Below, piece by piece: positions 35,718 to 40,492 of a stretch of 40,492 nt of DNA. Source of the stretch: Basidiobolus ranarum (Eukaryota); the NCBI GenBank assembly GCA_040143965.1, contig JASJQH010006913.1, positions 1-40,492 of the forward strand, written 5' to 3'. The position numbers and the translations under genes are program-made. Within the stretch, counting starts at the first letter, position 1. Every line of letters starts with the position of its first letter. The notes under the pieces are model-generated. The model was not told the DNA's origin. It saw only the letters and a list, made by a program, of their open reading frames with translations, and did no database searches.

Positions 35718-37717
35718 TTAAGCAACAATATTCAAAATTCGCTTATACCAAGGGTTTTTTGGCTTTTCAATCGTATTCTGGCTGACAATTAATGAGGGGC
35801 GACCAGTGTCGAGATCTACCTCAAGCAAAGGTACAAACCTGGTTTTGTGATACAACTTCCAGCCAATAATACTCAAAAAGAAAACGGGAGCACCAATGAA
35901 AGTTGCAAAAACATTGACAACGCTGAAAGGATCCGCGGTGGCGACTTGGTACGCTTGCATTACGAAAATGATTAAGCAGAGGAGAATTGCGATGTAACAA
36001 CTGTAGGGGAAGAAAGGTGCAACATAAGGAAGATCGGCAAGATTTCGGTTCTGAGCTTTGAAAGCAGCCCGGAATCGGAGATGAATAATGGCGATTGACA
36101 TCCAAGTAAGCAGCGCTGACATACCGGTCAAATTTACTAACCATTCGAATACAACTCCTGATCCAACAACATTAGCGACAAAGCCTGATGAAAGAGAGAA
36201 ACACAACGAAGTTATACATCAGTATCGGTTGTAATTGGTATACTTACGAAAAGCAATCATGTTCCTTACCGATACAGGCGAATAGGGTGACAACGAGAAG
36301 TGCAACAAGAGGCACACCACGACTATTGACACGTCCAAAGATAGCAGGCATCTTTCCTTCACGACCCATAGCCATCAGTGTTCTTGTTGAGGCATAGAAG
36401 GAGCTTTGGCCTGCGGACAAAACTGCAGTCAAAAGGACGGCATTTACGATGTGATCGGCATACCTAATGTTACCCAACTGGAACACGAGAGTGAAAGGAG
36501 CAACAGGAACGGCCTCATTCAACGATCCAGATGTAGCAGCGAAGAGTCTTTCGTCAGTGTACGGTATAACAAGACCAATTACCATGATGGAGAGGATATA
36601 AAACAGCATAATACGCCAAAAAGTATGTTTGATGGCTTTTGGGACAGCCTTGCGAGGATTTGAGGATTCACCAGCAGTCACACCGACCAATTCAGTACCA
36701 CCAAACGAAAAAAATGCCCACACGCAAGTGGAGAAAACGTTGACAACTTTGTCTCTGAGAGTATCTCCTGCAACGGGAGCACCTGCGATGTGCCAATTGC
36801 GCCCTCCAATCGTATCTCCTCCGACTGCACCTGCGTCAACTAAGATTCCCACAATGATGAAAATTATACAAGTCAAGACTTTGATCATGGAAAACCAGTA
36901 CTCGAGCTCTCCAAACGCTTTGACACCGATCAAGGTAATTGCGACCAAAACAAAAATAAAGATTAGTGCCGGAATCCACATCTGCATATTTGGCCACCAA
37001 TATTGAAGAATCACACCAGCTACAAGTCACACGATAATTGAATACTGTTAGTCATGCCTTGAGAGTTGGTTGCATGTATATAGGTTTAATGCTCTACCTG
37101 CTACGACTTCAATTGTTACTGTTATAGTCCACTGGAAAGCATATCCAATCCTATCAATCGACAAGGGGGAGGGCGAGTTAGTAAATATTATGGCTTTCAT
37201 ATGATCAATTTCTGGAAACATACCCGAGTCCAAACCCGAGAGCTGGATCGACAAAGCGAGCGCCAAATGTGGTGAAGGCACCGGGCAAGGGAAGATATGC
37301 AGCCATCTCGCCGAGTGAGGTGACAATGAAGAAGACCATGATACCTATTTTTTATAAAAAGATTGATGAGTTGTGGTCCATTATCATGATGCTAAATTAT
37401 ATGTTTTTCGCTGGCATACTAGTAATTCATGTAGGCGCTTAGAAACCAAAATACGTACCGACTATCGTGTAGGATATCAATGCACCAAGGGGACCAGCTC
37501 CAGCAACGGATCCTCCCGAACTTAAAAAGATACCCGTACCAATGGTACCTCCGATAGCAATCATTTGCAAGTGACGGGATTTAAGACCACGTTTGACTTC
37601 TCCGAATTCGTTATTTTCATTTTCCTGTATACGGTCGATCTCTACTTGTTTGTCGACTTGATATTCGTTACCTTCATCATACTCATGTTTCTCGTTGTAA
37701 TCAACGTTTGCGCTCAT
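35718..37717 (-). CDS. APC-superfamily fungal amino acid permease (YAT family), ~549 aa; introns 37345-37458, 37151-37223, 37020-37097, 36185-36269
   Basis: Motifs VKRGLKSRHLQMIAIGGTIGTGIF, SLGEMA.YLP.PG.F, FGELEYWFSMIKV, FSFGGTELVGVTAGESSNPRKAVPKAI...FWRI, HLRFRAAFKAQ. Substrate cannot be assigned. Confidence 0.95.
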
Positions 37718-38348
37718 GGTGGTTGGTGGGGCTTTTTTCAGATGAATGTAGTTGGTAGAAGAGTGTCGAAAACAAGGTAAAGAAGGAAGGAAAAATGAAT
37801 GGACACTGAGGAATGGAACTTAGGGTAGCTCAGAGTTGAGAAAGAGAATCTGCAATATTGTCAGCAACGTAGAAAAGGCGTGCGAGCTATAACCTTGAAG
37901 TAGGAAAGAAAGATTAACTTTGTGATAAAGTTAATTTTAGCTTTTCCAGAAGTGTGGATTCAGGGACACGACTTAAATTGGTGGGAAGAAAATTGCGCTC
38001 AACAATCACACAGTCAATAGCTGGCAAATATTCAACCTGTGTAAAAAATAAGACGCAGATGGCATTCTTTCAAGGGTATACTTATGTAGTTTTTTTTGTA
38101 CAACATCGAAACCAACAAAAATTCAAACCACCTATTACGCTCCTTTCTTATGGCACCATCAAGACCAACAATTAATAAAATCTAATGCATGTGACGCCAC
38201 ATTCGCTCTGTATGGCACCGTCAGGTTCACAATCACCTCCACATCGGCTGAGTACAAGCATACATCCTTGTTTAGTATATCTTCGACTTTCAAATATATA
38301 ACGGTGCACCCTATATAAACACCTTTACCTTTCGCCTTTTCTCGTCCA

Positions 38349-38636
38349 ATGTCGTCAGGTCGATCACATCTTCGAAATCATCACTTATCATTGAACCATC
38401 AGGAAGACGCACCACCAGAGCCAGGTACAGCCTTAACTTCATTGACAGTCACTCAACCGCTAACAAGTCCGGTCTTTGTTCAAGATGCAACAAATGGCGA
38501 AGTGGTTGGGCCCATCATCAATACCTCTCCTCGTATTATTCCCTTTCATCTTATTGAAGCTAACATAGATCTTTACACCACCACTGCTTCACAGATAAAC
38601 TCAAGAAAACGCTTGTCTAGCGATATAAATGGGTGA
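38349..38636 (+). CDS. Possible short orphan ORF (95 aa), divergent from the permease
   Basis: TATATAAA at 38312-38319 and a pyrimidine tract precede the ATG. No recognisable domain. Confidence 0.3.
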   Translation: MSSGRSHLRNHHLSLNHQEDAPPEPGTALTSLTVTQPLTSPVFVQDATNGEVVGPIINTSPRIIPFHLIEANIDLYTTTASQINSRKRLSSDING

Positions 38637-39589
38637 AGCGGTGGATAATAATCCATCGACATGAGATTATACTTACCTGAAGAATTTTTGATCAATGGGG
38701 CATGATAGTTGTCCATTGTGTCATTTGTGGAAAAATAAGTGTAACAACACTGACTTTGGTTGGATTTTGTGACACGCTCTCTGTACGTGTTCTTCTGATA
38801 TTCAATCGTTCCAAAATAGCGTCTATCTGTTTGTATCGTCCCATATTCTATTCTGTATTTCCTAATCTAACCGTACCTTTGATGAATTTGGTATAATATA
38901 GAAGACATTATCCAAACAGGTTAAATTATCACTACTGCTCTGCTTTTGGATGATATGAGATTTAATCTTATCAACCCTTCTGGGATCAAATATGATATGC
39001 TTCATTAAATATATTGACTTCGCCAAGTTCTATTTTGTATTAGCTTATCTCTACAGCATAATTAAGTAATTAAATTGTTGTAGATAAGCCATTTATATGA
39101 TATATATGTAGGTAAGTAGCTAAGTTGATTAACTCCACTCTCTCAGATCATTGCTATCTTGTGACCTAATGTTAATACTCCAAAACTACCTTTTGTATGA
39201 AGAGCTGCTAACTTTTCTTCTATTCCAGATTACACCAGACAGATATATATATTTATATTGCTTTTTTATTGAAATGGTGTTGTTAATTTATATACCTATT
39301 TTCAGCCCAATATTATGACATGTAATGGAAATAAATACAATTTCAAACATCTTCTCAGAGTTACAATGAGTGAATTCTGGAAGCTGTCTGAGCAATGTTG
39401 TCATATAATCAGCTTATGTTATTGCTAGTACTTTGGTCAATTTTACTTACTATATTGAGATATGCCTCCAGTACAATAAAGAAACTGTTGAAAATACCAT
39501 AGCTTGCACATCTATATGAGCATATAGTACTACTTGAATTTCACTTTATTAATATGCAATATCTCACTTGGAGATTACTTGGAATATTA

Positions 39590-39960
39590 ATACCAAGTTG
39601 GAAGTTCTCAGATTTTATGATTTACTTAAACTTGAAAATGTTGCTGCTAGAAAAAGGACTCTAGGAAACTGTTGTAGGAGAAGCAAACAATGCAAAACTA
39701 TCAGAAACCAAAGTTTTAATTCAGGCTAAAAGAGAACAAAGTGCCTTTAAAACAGTCAACCTCAGTGTTCAAGGAAAATTGGCAACTCAATGCTCAAGAA
39801 CCAAAACTGCTAAGAACAATTGTAAAAGCTTAGGAGACAGGTACAAAACATGTTCTGCTACTAATAGGAGATACTTATAAAGATAATTATTTAACACAAA
39901 AATAAAGCTCAGAGTAGATATCAAAATGGAACTTAAAGTGCTGTAGATGAAATGGTACAT
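39590..39960 (+). mobile_element. Decayed Ty1/Copia-type LTR retrotransposon gag fragment
   Basis: The frame from 39638 reads MLLLEKGL*ETVVGE...KREQSAFKTVNLSV...KTAK...LGDRYKTCSATNRRYL*R*LFNTKI. This resembles the Copia gag pattern L..KGLW..V.G...A...I.LSV...TA...W..L...Y...S..N..YL.RKLF..KM. Contains in-frame stops. Confidence 0.65.
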
Positions 39961-40104
39961 ATTACTGTTTCTACTACTGATCAACATAGTATAGTTATAA
40001 TCCTAGATGTCAAAATTAGCATTGCTTATGCACCTATATATTCATATATAGGTTATTATTTAGTAATCCTATATGTGGCTAAGATGTCAGCCATTATTTA
40101 ATAT

Positions 40105-40492
40105 TGGAATATGTCCTCCTGGCTCTCCTTCATGGATCTCTTTAATTATTCTCTGCTTTTCTTTGGAATCAAAGATGACTCTCCTTGGTACTTGCCTGCC
40201 TTGACCTGCTTGAAAAGTAGTCCATCCCTCACAAGAAAGTGATGGGCTCTCCTCCTGAGGTTTCTGAATTGCTGGAGATCCAAGGTGTAGGGTCTCTGTA
40301 AAGTAGTCAAATAATTGACAATATCTCTCCATTCTTCAGGTATAGGGGTACTGTTAGAAACATGGTGTATGTCAGCATCAAGGGAATCTTCAGAATTGTC
40401 ATCAGAGTGTATTTCATCAGGTCTTGGTCCTATTCTTGATAGTCCATCTGCAACAACATTTGTTTTTCCTGGTATGTGTACTACTTCAAAGT
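40105..40492 (-). mobile_element. Decayed Ty3/Gypsy pol fragment (RNase H C-terminus through start of the integrase zinc-binding region); continues beyond the window
   Basis: The minus strand reads FEVVHIPGKTNVVADGLSR...WRDIVNYLTT...RRRAHHFLVRDGLLFK, then a frameshift near 40205 to VPRRVIFDSKEKQRIIKEIHEGEPGGH, where it is truncated. RNase H followed by integrase is the Gypsy order. Confidence 0.85.

Noticed and set aside
8969-37717. Functional 'vacuole/metal' gene cluster (two V-ATPase a genes, Hmt1, amino acid permease)
   Set aside because: The genes are separated by unrelated loci and I see no shared regulatory motif; chance neighbourhood is sufficient.
311-37780. Numerous antisense and alternate-frame ORFs in the track (e.g. 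311-649, 2660-3058, 21753-22061, 31853-32158, 36629-37006)
   Set aside because: They are shadows of long real coding regions, with no independent motifs.
40032-40053. Hairpin ACCTATATAT-TC-ATATATAGGT as a Helitron or MITE terminus
   Set aside because: It is AT-repeat driven, with no correctly placed CTRR|T end and no partner terminal repeat seen.
1-40492. tRNA, rRNA, CRISPR arrays or horizontally acquired bacterial genes
   Set aside because: None recognised by eye, and all identified genes are eukaryotic-type. A tRNAscan/Infernal run would be needed to exclude small RNAs.

Overview
AT-rich, gene-dense eukaryotic DNA with short GT-AG introns (about 55-115 nt). It is consistent with an early-diverging fungus (Zoopagomycota/Mucoromycota-like); the organism is inferred, not shown. 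Left to right: a 5'-truncated gene with ~29-aa Thr/Val/Glu repeats, an atypical bromodomain and a probable pseudokinase domain; a weak orphan gene; DAD2 (missing from the ORF track); GWT1; two tandem V-ATPase subunit a genes; two tandem GAR(GAS2)-domain rod proteins, one a ~2194-aa CH-CH + spectrin-like rod + GAR 'spectraplakin-like' protein; PUS7; a small secreted protein; an HMT1/ABCB6-type ABC half-transporter; an amino acid permease; and a CpG-depleted block with decayed Copia gag and Gypsy pol fragments. The most interesting signals are the fungal spectraplakin-like gene pair, the 8 consecutive 3' introns missing from one V-ATPase paralog, an 11-nt micro-exon in a GAR domain, and the bromodomain-pseudokinase fusion. 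Splice coordinates were read by eye.
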